A stretch of DNA of 64,000 nt from Eledone cirrhosa (GCA_964016885.1 OZ024741.1:62186001-62250000); one strand, 5' to 3'; counted from the first letter of the stretch, positions 10,787 through 25,071 are shown. Notes: a model not told the origin generated them from the sequence alone. A program made the numbers and translations.

Positions 10787-11830
10787 TGTGTGTGTGTGTG
10801 TGTAAATCTTAGTTTTTTTTATATTAATAATAATATTCGATTCGTTTTAAATTATGCAAACAGCCTCTTTAAACGATATGAGTAGAATAACCCTGTCATT
10901 CTTGCTCTTGTATTGGCATATAAAGAGAACGGAGGCAGACACTAATGTTTCTGGGTTATTACCCTTTACCAGTTCCGTATACTGTTTACCTGCCAACTGT
11001 AAGAGTTAGTGAAAACATATGATATTTTCTGGAATATACAGTGACTTACTGACCTGATTTGCATATTAGCAGTCCGCCTGATCAGTCAGATCTGCATATT
11101 AGCAGACCTACTGATAAGGTTTATGTATACGAGCGTTTAATGGCCGGCGTTGCCATAGTCAAATAGCTAACAAATAGTTTTATCGCTCTACATGGCTGAA
11201 TACAAGAAATATATATATAATATATATATATGTTTAGTAGACTGAGAAATACTAAGAAGTTTTAAAGCTCAGCATGTGTTTACGATCCACAAATATTAAG
11301 AATAATCCATTGTGTACAGCCCCAATATTGTACGAATGCAGAGCATGAATAATTAAATTTGAATTTTCGAAAATCCAAATTACAGATATATATCATAATG
11401 ATATTTTCGTATATTTTCATTTGTTTTCTTAATCATATTTCTTTTGTTGCTTATGTAACGTTACTTTTGTACTCATATCTTATTCAAATAATCCCTATGT
11501 ATTAATATTTTCTACATTTGGTGAAAGGTACTTAAAAGAAATAAATTGTTATAATCCTCCCTAAACACTTGGTTGTATTATCATTTATTGTATGTATATA
11601 TATATATAAATATTATTAATCTCCCCTAAGGTCGAGATAACATTTTGGTCGTTTTAACTGCTTCTATCTCTAGTGGCAGGACATTGACCTTTCCGCCCTT
11701 GCCTTCTATCTTTACACACGGCACTAGACAAGATTGTTTCTTCATCATACACTCTCATCCGGGAACAGTTCTGTATGGCGCCAGTTCGTGATTTGAACTC
11801 GGGAATTTTATATTCTCCGAGTGAGAAGAT

Positions 11831-11912
11831 CCCTCTGACGAAAGTCTCCTTCTCAATGGTATTCCGCATGGATTATCCATTTATTTTGAGACTTGAAACC
11901 ACGCGGTAAGGG
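11831..11912 (+). ncRNA. Type I hammerhead motif
   Basis: ccct-CTGACGA-aagtctc...gagactt-GAAA-cc acgc gg-TA-aggg. Perfect 7-bp stem II; lies ~70 nt upstream of a (TA)n run. Confidence 0.82.
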
Positions 11913-12026
11913 TAAATATAGTAAGTACAGTAAACTTTTTAAAATTTATTTTAGAACTTTTTCTCTATTTGCTAAACCTTGAATATATATATATATATAA
12001 AAGAAAAACATAAACAAGGGACGGGT

Positions 12027-12087
12027 CCCCTCATCAGTTGTCTGCTGAAGGTCTTGGACATTTCAACGCATTAAAGACAATATGTCT
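12027..12087 (-). ncRNA. Non-circularly permuted hammerhead motif (copy P2)
   Basis: Minus strand gaca-TA-ttgtct...GAAA-tgtc...agacaa-CTGATGA. Confidence 0.62.
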
Positions 12088-12619
12088 ATCTCCAGTGCGT
12101 CAATATCCTTTGTAAGTTATTAAGGAGGGGAAAAAAATTAAACAGAAAGGAAAAAAAGAGAAAAGAACACACATAACATACCGATGAATGGGTGGGGAAA
12201 ACGAGGAGAAGCATATGTATGTAAGTAACCGGGAGAGAGAGAGAAGTCAAACCGGCGGCTGAACATAAGTCCGAGGCCTTATTGGCGGTGAGATAGGGAG
12301 AGCGAAGAAAAACAAGTCTAACCTCGGCAGGAGAAGGTAAAAAGAGGAAGAGACGAGAGAAAACGGAAGTAGCAAGGACGCAGAGAGGAATAGAATATAA
12401 GTGAGTGGAGGAGGGAGGGGAAGAGAGAGAGAGGAAGAGTGAGAAAGGGAGAGAAAGAAAGGGAAAGAGTTAATAATAACAAGGGAGAGAAAGACCAGGT
12501 CACAGCAAAAAATTAATAAAAATTTAGAAGGAATAAGAGGCTGTGTGGTTACTTGATAAGGTGTATTTAGATATAAAAGGAAAGCACAAACAAGAGAGTA
12601 TGTACATATATATATATCT

Positions 12620-13220
12620 ATTGACCAGTTCATTTTATTGATTTTTTTGTTGATCTTATTGACTGATGAATAGCTCTTGTTTATTTTAACACGTCTGTTG
12701 AGCACTCTGATTCGGTATGTGATCCTTTGTATTTTTACATAAATTACACATCACCGAATTCTTTCGCTAATATAGGGGTTCCCTCCCTTGCTGAATACCA
12801 TGTGCGTTTTTGGCTGTGGGTCCCTCCGTATTTTTGAACGGAAACTCGTTGAAGAAGCTCTTCCTCGTTCGTCTCCTCACTAGAAGTTATATATATTTTT
12901 TATGCGAGCTGATAGTTATTTGATTAAGGAATTGCAGAAACCCCAAAAAGCTAGAATTTAACATCCTCTAGCGGGTCCGGGTGAGTTATTTACATTCATT
13001 TAATTTATTAATTTATTGATATTTTATTTGAGTGACCCGAATCTTCCTGGTCGTTCTTTTCGGGCTGCACGGGTGATTTTAGGCATGATCTCTGTGTGTT
13101 GGTATTTTAACGATAGTTATAGCTCTGGTTTATCCAAACTATTGAGCCCTCTGCCACACATGTCGGATATTGTTTATCGTGATTTCGTGGGCCGATATTC
13201 CGATTCTCGATCATTCTACT
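12620..13220 (-). pseudogene. Possible highly degenerate PLE linker/GIY-YIG region upstream of P2
   Basis: Weak peptide remnants only (PRNH, KITRA, QELFISQ..KINKMN). The position upstream of a pyrimidine-rich UTR and an HHR fits the PLE layout. Confidence 0.3.
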
Positions 13221-13221
13221 G

Positions 13222-13310
<89 letters not shown>

Positions 13311-13316
<6 letters not shown>

Positions 13317-13660
13317 ATACTTTGGGAGGGTCATGCTGCCAATAAAAAGACACGCACCTGTTGGTTTTCATTTGAATTTATTATAAGCTTTTGGTTGGTT
13401 GGTTCGATAACCGGAAAGTTGTTCATATATTGTCACAGAATATGTGACAGAATGTATGACAGAATGTATGACAGACTGTATGATAGAATGTGTCACAATG
13501 TGTGACGAAATAGCTTTGACAATATATAAACAACCTTCCGGTTATCGAACCAACCAACCAGAAACTTATAATAAATTGAAGTGAAGAACAATAGGGGCGC
13601 GTATTTTCATTGGCAGCATGACCCTCCCAAGGTATAACAATATCTGTTTCAACACACGTA
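13311..13660 (+). mobile_element. Family D fold-back element with internal tgacagaatg(ta) mini-repeats
   Basis: Arms ~13311-13435 and 13518-13643, tail atctgtttcaacacacg. Relatives at 51107-51352 and 52629-52760; matching tail end at 62070-62097. Confidence 0.82.
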
Positions 13661-13827
13661 TGTATTTATATCTGATAAACTTTGACTGCCGAACGAATTA
13701 ACTATGGGGATATAAAAGATACAGAAGCGAAAAGCAACCAGACAGTGAGTGTGTTCTGTTATTATTTCTGGCAATATTCTTACAACAATATGACCCACGC
13801 CAAATATAACAATATATATATATATGT

Positions 13828-13961
13828 GACAAAGAGGATGTGGTAAGTTACCTGGTGGACCATAACGCACCAGAGTACTCAATACTTAGGGTAGTAGAGT
13901 GGCAAATAGGAAAAGAGTCAGGACACCCACGGAGCTCAGCCTTCGGGGTCCTGACTATTCT

Positions 13962-13964
<3 letters not shown>
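13828..13964 (-). mobile_element. Family A short fold-back (variant subfamily)
   Basis: Same tail as other family A copies; arms aggaaaagagtcaggac / gtcctgactattctcct. Confidence 0.8.
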
Positions 13965-13999
<35 letters not shown>

Positions 14000-14055
14000 A
14001 ACACACACTCATGTATTCATATTTAAGTAAACATTTAAAAAGAAAAAAAATATAT

Positions 14056-14103
<48 letters not shown>

Positions 14104-14380
14104 GTGTGTGTATGTAGGTTATTTACAATTAATATATTCTATACACACCAAACGGGTACTTCTATTAGTCGATGAACTACTTATGCTGAAGAATAGGAAA
14201 GCAAACATCTTAAATACACAGTGTTTACGAAACCACTAGACCTACGTATAATGTCAACGACCTTTTTCACACTACCACCACCAACATCACCATCACGAGC
14301 ACTACTGCCTTCACCTTTGTGGGTGGGTGAGTATATATATATATATTAAAATAACAGATTTTAGTCTTCACATTTATTAT

Positions 14381-14438
<58 letters not shown>

Positions 14439-14440
<2 letters not shown>

Positions 14441-14597
14441 CAACAGGTATGACTCCGACGGCAGAGCTCAAGCCGTTTCGACAGCTATTTCTGAACTCAG
14501 GGGTCATACTTGTTCCTATTACCCACTCTACTACCCTAAGTATTGAGTACTTTGGTGCGTTATGGTTCATCTGGTTCCTTACCACAATTCCTTCGTT
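14439..14597 (+). mobile_element. Family A fold-back; sense arm starts at the predicted HHR cleavage site
   Basis: Junction ...ctgaactca|ggggtcatac at 14500. Confidence 0.82.
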
Positions 14598-14696
<99 letters not shown>

Positions 14697-15325
14697 AACA
14701 CACATATATATATACAAACATACACACGCACACACATTCATACATAAGCACACTCATATATACATCTATATACATACCCACATACATATACACACACATT
14801 TACATATGATATGAGAGAGCGAGAGAGTTATCTTTTTTTGTGTCCGTTCTTCCGTGTCTGCATTGACAGGTGAATGTCAGAGCTTATGTCATGTTTCATG
14901 CTGTACTAAGTGACTAAATGTACAAGAGTTCCTATAGTACTATGTGACTGAGAGTGCAATACTCTTCCCGCATCAGTGGATAGGACGAAAATCTACCGCG
15001 CAGCTGACGTCCTTCCATCGCTTTTGTTAATTTTCAGCTGAATGAAATGGAAAAATAGGAAATGAAGATCTTATGATCATGAGTCCAACACCCCAATAAA
15101 TAGTCTGCGCGTCTTTGCGCTATGTAGCTTAAGTATACAATTAATTTGTATTTATATAATACAAAGGTAACTGCGCTATATAAATGTATACCATGAGTAT
15201 TTAGTTAGACATGCAAACATACCAAATTCATCGTTTTTCACTGTAAATGGGAAAAATGATTAATATCTATTTTCGATATGCATATCTGCTAACAACCACA
15301 TATGTATAAATATATATATATATAT

Positions 15326-15454
15326 AACGAAGGAAATGTGGTAAGGAACCAGGTGGACCATAACGCACCAAAGTACTCAATACTTGAGGTAGTAGTAATG
15401 TCCAGAATTAGCCGTCGAAACGGCTTGAGCTCAGCTGCCGGGGTCTTACTGGTT

Positions 15455-15458
<4 letters not shown>
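15326..15458. mobile_element. Family A rearranged copy
   Basis: Inverted tail joined to gtccagaattagccgtcgaaacggcttgagctc...; (TA)n flanks. Confidence 0.8.
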
Positions 15459-15521
<63 letters not shown>

Positions 15522-15590
15522 GGCGTGCTGCGTGGTTGCAAATGGGTTATATATAAATAAAATTAGTCCTTCAAAGAAGGACTAATTTTA

Positions 15591-15627
<37 letters not shown>

Positions 15628-15659
15628 TGAGAAAAACTACAGACCCTCCATCTCAATTC

Positions 15660-15700
15660 TACTTTCTAAAAGCAGAAGAACTGCGAAACCGGTAGAGGAA
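15660..15700 (+). ncRNA. Degenerate minimal hammerhead
   Basis: gcag aagaa ctgc-GAAA-ccgg-TA-gagg. Upstream core decayed (ctaaaa). Confidence 0.4.
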
Positions 15701-15764
15701 CCAAATAAATATATATTTAAAATAAAAAACACTCCAGTTGCATTTTCGATTTCATCTTTTTTCG

Positions 15765-15814
<50 letters not shown>

Positions 15815-16559
15815 TCTATCGTTTGAAGTGGTATCACTGAAATAAACGTATTAATTCTCATATTAGCGTTCGTGTTGGTTGTAAATGTTTATATCTATTA
15901 CGTCGTGCCTTAAGCAGTTGAGATTTACAATAAATTTATATCGAAAATATACAGTACAGAGATAATGGAGATTGGTTAAATATGTATATAATTTTAAACC
16001 TTGAGAATATAGACATGTAGCCATGCCAAATTTTATATCTGTATTTTGTCTGGGTAAGGATCGTTGCTAACCTACTTGTACAATGCCGAATACCAATAGG
16101 CACTCTTTGCGCACTGTAAACAACTGTTTGGTGTACTTACAGATATGTGGATTGAAATCTGCTGTATTGGAAGAGGGAGCACCTAAGGCACTATATATAT
16201 TCTCAGGTACCGACTCAGATACTTGTCTCACAAGTTGTTAACTTTCATTTCTAATGCAATTTCTCAACTCGACAAATAAGGAGATTTAAAATCCATATAA
16301 GATTGAATTTAGTTGCATGGTCGACGTTAGCAGGATAACCTTTGAAGATGTTCTCAGCTGACTACAATCCAATGACTAGACTAAAACCAGAAAATATGAA
16401 CAGACCCCCCCCCCCATATATATATATCGAGAGAGAGAGGGGAAGAGAGAGAGAGAGAGAGTAGTGTAGTTAATACGAATCATTTCTATTTCGTATTTTC
16501 TACCGCATTGTACCGGGTTTTAAAAAACTTATCGGCCATTTACTACACACACAAACACT

Positions 16560-16622
<63 letters not shown>

Positions 16623-16789
16623 TAAATACTTTCACCCATGTAGGGCATCTCGTTTTTTTAAAAACCCTTATATATATATAAGGGTTTTAAAAAAAATGAG
16701 AAAATGAGGTTTATATATATGTATAAACCTCATTTTCATTTATATATATATAAACCTCATTCTCTTTTATATATATATATATATATATA

Positions 16790-17188
16790 GGCTTAAAAAT
16801 GGAATGAGAATAAGAAGGAAGCAAGAATGTGGGTGGGTTCCTCATCAGTTGTCTACTGGGGGTCTCAGATATTTCAACACTTTAAAGACAATATATCTAA
16901 CCCCCCATCCCCCCCCCCCCGAGCGTTCAATAACTGGGCAAGTTATTGGGAAAACGGAGGAGGGAGAGAAGGAAAATGGGAGGGAAATGGGGAAGAAAAG
17001 GGAAAACACCGAAAACAACAACAAACCGAAGAAAGTGCAAGCAATTGGAGGCAAGAGAATCCACGACCACAGCGGTAACAGGGGGTAGATATATTGTCTT
17101 TAAAGCGTTGAAATATCCGAGACCTCCAGTAGACAACTGATGACGACCCTCCTGTTCTTCCTTTCTTCTTATTCTCATTCCATGTTTA
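16790..17188. mobile_element. Fold-back element carrying two permuted hammerhead motifs (P3 16838-16898 minus; P4 17088-17147 plus)
   Basis: Arms ~16791-16905 and 17081-17190. Each arm has gata-TA-ttgtct...GAAA-tatc...agacaa-CTGATGA. Confidence 0.78.
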
Positions 17189-17216
17189 AGCGTAACTTAA
17201 CTAGCAACTACACAGC

Positions 17217-17790
<574 letters not shown>

Positions 17791-18916
17791 AAACCAACAA
17801 AGATTTAATATAATAGGTCTGTTTGGGAACAGGTTTTCAATTGACCAATAGAAAGGTAGTAAGTGGTCAAGATGGTAGAATAGTAGTAATGGATCTTTAA
17901 TTTAGGGGTAGAGGAAAGCAGATTTCAGTTTTGAATGGAAAGTGTATAATGAATGAAAAGAATATTTTGGGGATGAAAATAGGTCAAGTCGGTAAAGGGT
18001 ACACGAAAATTTGATGTTATAAAAGAATAATGCTAATGTAAATATGTAAGGAGAATAAAATTTTACGATAAATGTGTTAGTGAAAAATATCAATCTTATT
18101 TAAAACATAAGGAACTTACATCTATAAAAAGAAAATAAATTAATTAAATTGATAGGTATATTTATATTGATAAATTTATATTAATTCATATAGATATGAT
18201 AAATAAGAATTAGATGTAATTGAAGAATGCTGTTAAAAACGAAGGGAAAATAAAAAAATAATTATTATTATTATTGGGGGGAGGGGTAAATTTATTAGTG
18301 AGAAATAACAAATTTATATAGATTATAAGGAATATAGATTCATAACCTGAAATTAAAATAGTTTATATGTATACTTATTGGTATAAGTCTTAGGAAAAGA
18401 TAGCTGTAAAAGGGAAATAAAATTATGCAGTTCATTAGTAGTAGAATATTAATTATAGGTTAACTAATTTAAAAAAAGTGTTATTATAATAATTTGTAAA
18501 GTGTATATTAATTAGGTTTATAATATTTAAAAGTTCTTCTCAATTTATGATTACATGATATAATTAATTCCTGTCGCTTATTTAATAGGATATCCTAGAT
18601 TTCATTATTTCAAACTTGCTATAATGCTCCATTTAATCTACAAATTAAAGATAATATACCTGAAAAATGTTCTCAGTTATAAAAGCTATCTCTCTCTCTC
18701 TATCACCCATCTCTCCTCCTATCTCATCCTTCCTCACTATACTCCTCCCCCCTCCACTTTTTACTCTCATCTCCTCCTCTTGTTCATCCTTTCCAAACAC
18801 CCTCCCTCAAAAAATTTATTTCCCAATATCACACATCAATCTAAAACTACTTTTCATATGTTGATTTAAACCTGCACTATCCACAAGTGTTTTTTAACCT
18901 TCATATCATGTCCTCC

Positions 18917-18987
18917 TATTTTATCTGATGAAAAGACTAATGTTATTGCATGATAATATTTGTTTTTGAAATGCGCATAATAAAATA
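18917..18987 (+). ncRNA. Type I hammerhead motif
   Basis: tattttat-CTGATGA-aaagac...gttttt-GAAA-tgcgca-TA-ataaaata. Perfect 8-bp stem I, palindrome atgcgcat. Confidence 0.85.
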
Positions 18988-19110
18988 CATGGAACACATT
19001 TAACCATCTTTTGATCTTATATATTATGTATACTCCAGTCCTACAAACTGTAGAGTGCTTCTTATCCGATATCTGCATTGCTTTATTGTACTACAATAAA
19101 ACTCACCTCC

Positions 19111-19187
<77 letters not shown>

Positions 19188-19195
19188 ATATATAT

Positions 19196-19290
<95 letters not shown>

Positions 19291-19732
19291 TAAAAAATAC
19301 CAGTCTAGTACTGGAGGCGAGTATTCCTCTATATCTCTTTCTCACTTCCTTTCTCTCATACTCTATTATTCTCTAGAATAAATGTGGAGAGTATATGAGC
19401 TCTGCCTGGTTTTAAAATGCCCTAGAAACGCTGTCTGTCAATGTGGCGCCCCTACGACTTTCTCGGGTATCATGGGTACATATATATACAATGTCTAAGT
19501 GTGTGTATGTCTATCCATGAAGCAATAGACAAGCATTGATACTTTTGTGTGCAACAGATCGATTCTTAGTGTGTTCTATCACCAGTATTTCTACATGGGA
19601 TTCTAGTTTATTATCTTTACACTAATGTATATATTTACACATAACACGTAACAGCTGTAGACAGATATACACACATACGAGCGTAAGCAGCCTTACAAAA
19701 ATACACTCACACACAAGCACACACACACACGC

Positions 19733-19767
<35 letters not shown>

Positions 19768-19794
19768 CGTGTGTGCGTATCTGTGTGTGTGTGT

Positions 19795-19920
19795 GAAGGC
19801 TCTTTGCCTAATGTGTATATAAAGTCGTGGGTTCGTTTCCTGAAGGGTGCGGCGTGTTGTGGTCTTGAGCAAAATACTTTATTTCACGTTGCTCATTCTA
19901 TAAGGGGTTACAACTGGCAG
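19795..19920 (+). mobile_element. tRNA-derived SINE family 2 (degenerate)
   Basis: B-box-like ggttcgtttcc and tgttgtggtcttgagcaaaatactttatttcacgttgctc, shared with 36363. Confidence 0.65.
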
Positions 19921-20263
19921 AATGTATCAATAGTGGAATAACCAATGGAAACATTGCTTCCTTGGTTCAATCTGATGAACAACTTGTTTCATTGACATAC
20001 ATAGATATGTATTTATGTATATTTATGTGTATATGTATATAATATGACGTCTTCACAGATCAGGGTATCACACAATACATATTTAGTTGAAAAATAAACA
20101 AAGACGTTCGTTATGTTTACCACAGAGTGGCCTTGCCGTTCTGCAGTGGACCTTCCTCGCTCAGTTAAAACGGGTTCGAACTAACTGAGTCTGGTTGATA
20201 TTTGAGACCACGAGGGCCCTATGTGAGAATTCTACTATGTGTGTGTGTTTATATATATATATA

Positions 20264-20372
<109 letters not shown>

Positions 20373-20569
20373 AAACTTGGCGGGAACAAAAACAGAGAGG
20401 CAGTATAAACAAAGGTTTATTAGGTTCACGCTCTTGAGAGTGGGATATATATATATATATATATAGTAATAATGATAAATGTGAAGACTAAAGCCAAAGA
20501 GGGCTCGATAGGGGTAAATATATATCAAATATATAAGAACCGTAGAGCTAATATTTATTAAAATAACAC

Positions 20570-20600
<31 letters not shown>

Positions 20601-20677
20601 AACCATCTATTTATTTATTTCCATCTTTCTCTCTCTCACTCTCTCTCTCACTCTCTCTCACTCTCTCTCTCACTCTC

Positions 20678-20713
<36 letters not shown>

Positions 20714-21009
20714 AAGAGAGATAGAAATAAGGACGGAGAGCGAGAGAGATTGATAGATGTATGCAGATAGCTAAATAGATGGATAGATAGATAGACAGAT
20801 AACAGCTTTATATATTGCCTCATATATTTGTATATCTCTTCTGCAAGCTGTTGCCCAAAGTGCTACATATTGAGCACGCGCTTCGTCACGTGTTCTTAAT
20901 CTAGTTACTATCGGATATTTGCTTCCTACAGACATGCGCACACCTTCTCACAAATGGCAACTTTAATTACACCTACTTGTATACACACTCACTCACAAAC
21001 ATCCATACA

Positions 21010-21051
<42 letters not shown>

Positions 21052-21496
21052 TATATATATATGTGCGTTTGTTTGTAAATATACATATTAATCTATTTAT
21101 TCATCTATCTATTTACTTACCTATCTATATGTATGTCTATATGTATGTATGTATGTATGTGTGTGTGTATGCATGCATATATGTATGTATGTATGTATAT
21201 GTATGAATGTATGTATATAAGTAGGTACGTAAGTACGTATGTATGCATGTATACACATATCTATCTGTGTTTGTGTATGAGTTTGTATGTGTGTGTGTAT
21301 TTACGTACGTTTGTATGTATGTATATGTCAGATTTCTCTTGAACGCTCCTGGTAATATGTAACACAATACAGCTTGTGGCGTTTTCGGGCCGTCGACGAC
21401 TAATCCATCAACCCCTATCCCACCAATCCTGCTTGTTTTGGAGGGTAAGCTTTGGACTTCTTGGGAGATTAAACCACAAACCCGTTAGATATTTGT

Positions 21497-21561
<65 letters not shown>

Positions 21562-21597
21562 TTAGTGTAGGTGGTTCAGTGAACTTTTTCTCACATT

Positions 21598-21727
21598 GCC
21601 AATCTGAGGAGCAGATCGATAGTGGAGTCGGGTTCCTAATTCCTATGGGTGACCTTGAGCCAATCCTCTGCAAAACGCGCATAACAGGTCGATACACAAT
21701 AAATATATTTTATATGTAAACGAAACT
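21598..21727 (+). mobile_element. pLTR-like end with degenerate HHR (paralogue 44829-44946)
   Basis: CTGAGGA-gcaga...tctgc-(a/g)AAA-cgcgc(a/g)-TA-acagg. The 44.9-kb copy keeps gcgaaacgcgcgta. Confidence 0.62.
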
Positions 21728-21775
21728 TTCTCGTTTTCTTCCTATATATATATAGTTATATATATAGTTAAATAT

Positions 21776-22232
21776 ATGTAGATAAATCTACCAAAATGTA
21801 CGGTAGTGTCCAATCCGTATGAAGAACTCAATGTAATCAGAATATCATGAAAAGAAAAGATGTATTCAAAAGTTTTTTTCGATAAAAAACACAGGAAAAC
21901 AGAGTCAAGATAAATTAATAAAAATAATGAATAAAAACAAAGAAACAGTTCCTTATATTAAAAAAATCATCATTTTACGATCGTTTCTAGGATATATGTG
22001 TGTGTTGGTATGTATATCATATAGATCTATGTAAACTTTTTTTACAAACTATCAGAGGGAATATACATACCTACACATATATATGCTGTCTTCAGTATAT
22101 TCCCTGTGATAGTTTGTAAAAATTTTACATAGATCTATATGATATACATACCAACACACACATATATATCCTAGAAACGATCGTAAAATGATGAATTTAT
22201 ATATTGTTTTTATTCATTATTTTTATTAGTTA
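21776..22232 (-). mobile_element. Family E fold-back
   Basis: 22096-22232 is an inverted copy of part of 21910-22063. The long arm breaks immediately 5' of the CTGAAGA core. Confidence 0.82.
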
Positions 22233-22367
22233 AATATATATAGTTATATATATAGTTATATATATAGTTCAATCGGGGGTAACCACAGTAAGTAAGGTAC
22301 TCAATACAAATCATATATATATATATGGCATTGATAAATATGCTGGGTCTGTCAACTCCTTATTATT

Positions 22368-22553
22368 GGATTGGCAGTATCGGTAGAGGGTCGGACGCCA
22401 TGCTTTGACACAAAGAGTTACGGCCCTTTCCATTCTGAGTTCAAATCCCGCCGAGGTTAACTTTGCCTTTCATCCTTACGGGGTCGATAAAATAAAGTAC
22501 CAGTAATTAACTGGGTAATTGCTGGCCTTGTGCCAAAAGTAGAAACAATTATT
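22368..22553 (+). mobile_element. tRNA-derived SINE family 1
   Basis: A box tggcagtatcgg, B box gagttcaaatcc, central gcctttcatccttacggggtcgataaa domain; several copies in the window. Confidence 0.88.
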
Positions 22554-22860
22554 ATATATATACATATATATTTATGAGTGTGTATGTGTGTACTTACATG
22601 TTTATGTAAAAGATATACTGAGGTGAAATCGGCGATGTTTGTAGTCTCTAGCCATCTATTTTTGTTTTTACTTGTTACTAGTTTAACAGCTTCAAACATT
22701 TAGAGAGTGGTTTTAGCGTGCCACAGACGTTTCTCAGTATACTCTCTGACGAGTGGGCACCTTTTGGGACCTTCATTTTTTCTTGTTCCTTTTTCGTACA
22801 TTTTAGTATTATTTAACCCTACCCAGAGTAAGTCGCGACACACAGTTCTTAGTGACACAT

Positions 22861-23163
22861 CGTTTGCCTTAAAAATGTGAGGAGGACAAACCAACATTTA
22901 TTGATTCTTAAAGGAGCATGTTAGTATTGCTTATGGTGGCTTTCCCAGACCCTATCAATTAAGTAAAATTTTACGCTAATTAAATTTTATATATTCAAAT
23001 GAAGTTCAGATATAAAAAATAAGCATAAAAAGAATTTATTATATCAAATAAACAAAAAACAAAAGATTGTTTGCCCCCCGTTCCTGAAAAAGTGTGCGTG
23101 TGTGTGCGTGGGGGGGGGGGGGGGGTACCCTGGTAACCCCCCCCCTCTGAAACAAGGCCCTTG
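22861..23163. mobile_element. hAT MITE (left TIR partly deleted)
   Basis: Right TIR aaacaaggcccttg. gacacatc on both sides (22854-22861, 23164-23171) is an 8-bp TSD. Homologous to 53874-54163 and to the end of 29453. Confidence 0.85.
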
Positions 23164-23933
23164 GACACATCTACAATCAGAGCTTTCGTCGCAGCAACCG
23201 GAGTATCCCGTGTGTACGGAGTAACTTCGGGGTACGGCAGATGCCGAGGCTCGATTCTTACAGGCGTCTCTGTCCATCATTTTCCGCATTCAGGGGTCAT
23301 TTACGAGAATGATTCGAATATGTTATAGTTAATATATAGATTGACAATAAATTCTAACTTGTTTCAAGTGTTCAAACTTGTCCAATTTCTTCGCAAACAT
23401 ATCGGTCTATATATATCTTCCTCTTTACCTTTATTGACATATATAATGTAAGCAATATTATTTATCTACATTCTCTATAAACTAACTTGTTTAGACCAAT
23501 TATTGAGAATATCCAATTCTTCTGGATTGTCAAGATTGACCAAAAAGTTTGGATCAGACTCGTTTATAGGAGTTATCACTGTTGCATATCTTCCAACATC
23601 GGAAGTCCCCTAAAAGGAGGTTCAGTTATGAAATTATGAGGATAGTCTAGGTTGATAGACGTATTTCCCTACTTACCATATTCAGACAGCAAGACTCTAT
23701 ATACACTTTATGCAAAGTATTCTATTTAGGCATTTTCGCCTCACTTATATAGTTTAATTCCGAAGTGAAGTACTGTTGACATGTGGGGTGGGGTACTCGT
23801 TTCTTCTGTAAGTATGAACGGAAGATTACTGCTATCTGGAATCAAGTAATATCGCAGAACATAAAAGCCAGATGAGAGAGCGAGACAGAAAGAGGGAGAG
23901 AGAGTGAAAGAGAGAGATAGAGAGAGAGGGAGA

Positions 23934-23980
<47 letters not shown>

Positions 23981-24827
23981 GGAGATAGAGAGCGAGAGAG
24001 AGAGAGATCATGTTTATAACGAAATAAGCATATGTTAAAATTCATCTCTCTCTATCCATTTATCAATATATTTATCATTCTCTCTCTCCCTCATTATCTC
24101 CCTCATTCTCTCTTTCTCTCTCTCTCCCACTCTTCAACTAAGACCATCAATTGTCCTAACCCGTAAATAAACACACTAAGTAAGTCAAACCCAGTCTCGA
24201 ACCCGTGCCAGATATAATCCAAACGCCAGTACTCGACCCCAGACACCTATACGACTCAAAGAAGAGCTAGATCATGCAAGTTCTTCCCACATAATCCCTA
24301 ATTCTCAAATAACCACTGGCCCGCCCGCACTGCTATTCCTCGTTAAACCAGCCACCGACACGCGCTAACCACTATTACAGGCAAGACAGACGTGATCATG
24401 CGGCAGCAGTCATATCACGTAGTTTTTGTATTATAAAAATGATTATCTAACTTTATAATATATATATATATATACGAGTATATGTGGGTGCGTGTGTTTG
24501 TGTGGGCGTGTGACCGTGTGTGTATATATGTATATATTTATTGGTTTGACCACCCTTTTAGCAAAAACTATATTTATATATCTCCTGAAATACGAAAGCG
24601 CAAGATTTACATTATAAACAATGTTTTATTATTTTAGTTACTTTATCCAAGTGATAAACGGTGTTCTATTACTTCTGACAATTATAGTTTAACACACACA
24701 CGCACACACAGGCAGACAGTTAGCAGACAGAGAGGCACACACATATGCACATACATCTCTCTCTCTCTCTCTCTCTCGTTCTCTCTCGCTCTCTCTCTCT
24801 CTCTCACACTCACTCACTCTCTCTCTC

Positions 24828-24896
<69 letters not shown>

Positions 24897-25071
24897 ATAT
24901 ATATATATATATATATATATATTCAGAATGAGCGAGGGAGAGCTTGACACGTATATATGAAACGAACAAAGAAACATCTTTGTATTAAGTGTATGTAAAT
25001 TGTACAAATATACACTAACAGGAACGCATGCGCATGCACTCCAACAGGCACACAAAAACACATATATGCAC

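Noticed and set aside
11052-11105. Duplicated gat(t/c)tgcatattagcag with an octamer ATTTGCAT
   Set aside because: No snRNA gene or promoter context is visible; a short local duplication is sufficient explanation.
22368-22460. tRNA gene suggested by A and B boxes
   Set aside because: No cloverleaf; continues into a SINE central domain and tail and is multi-copy.
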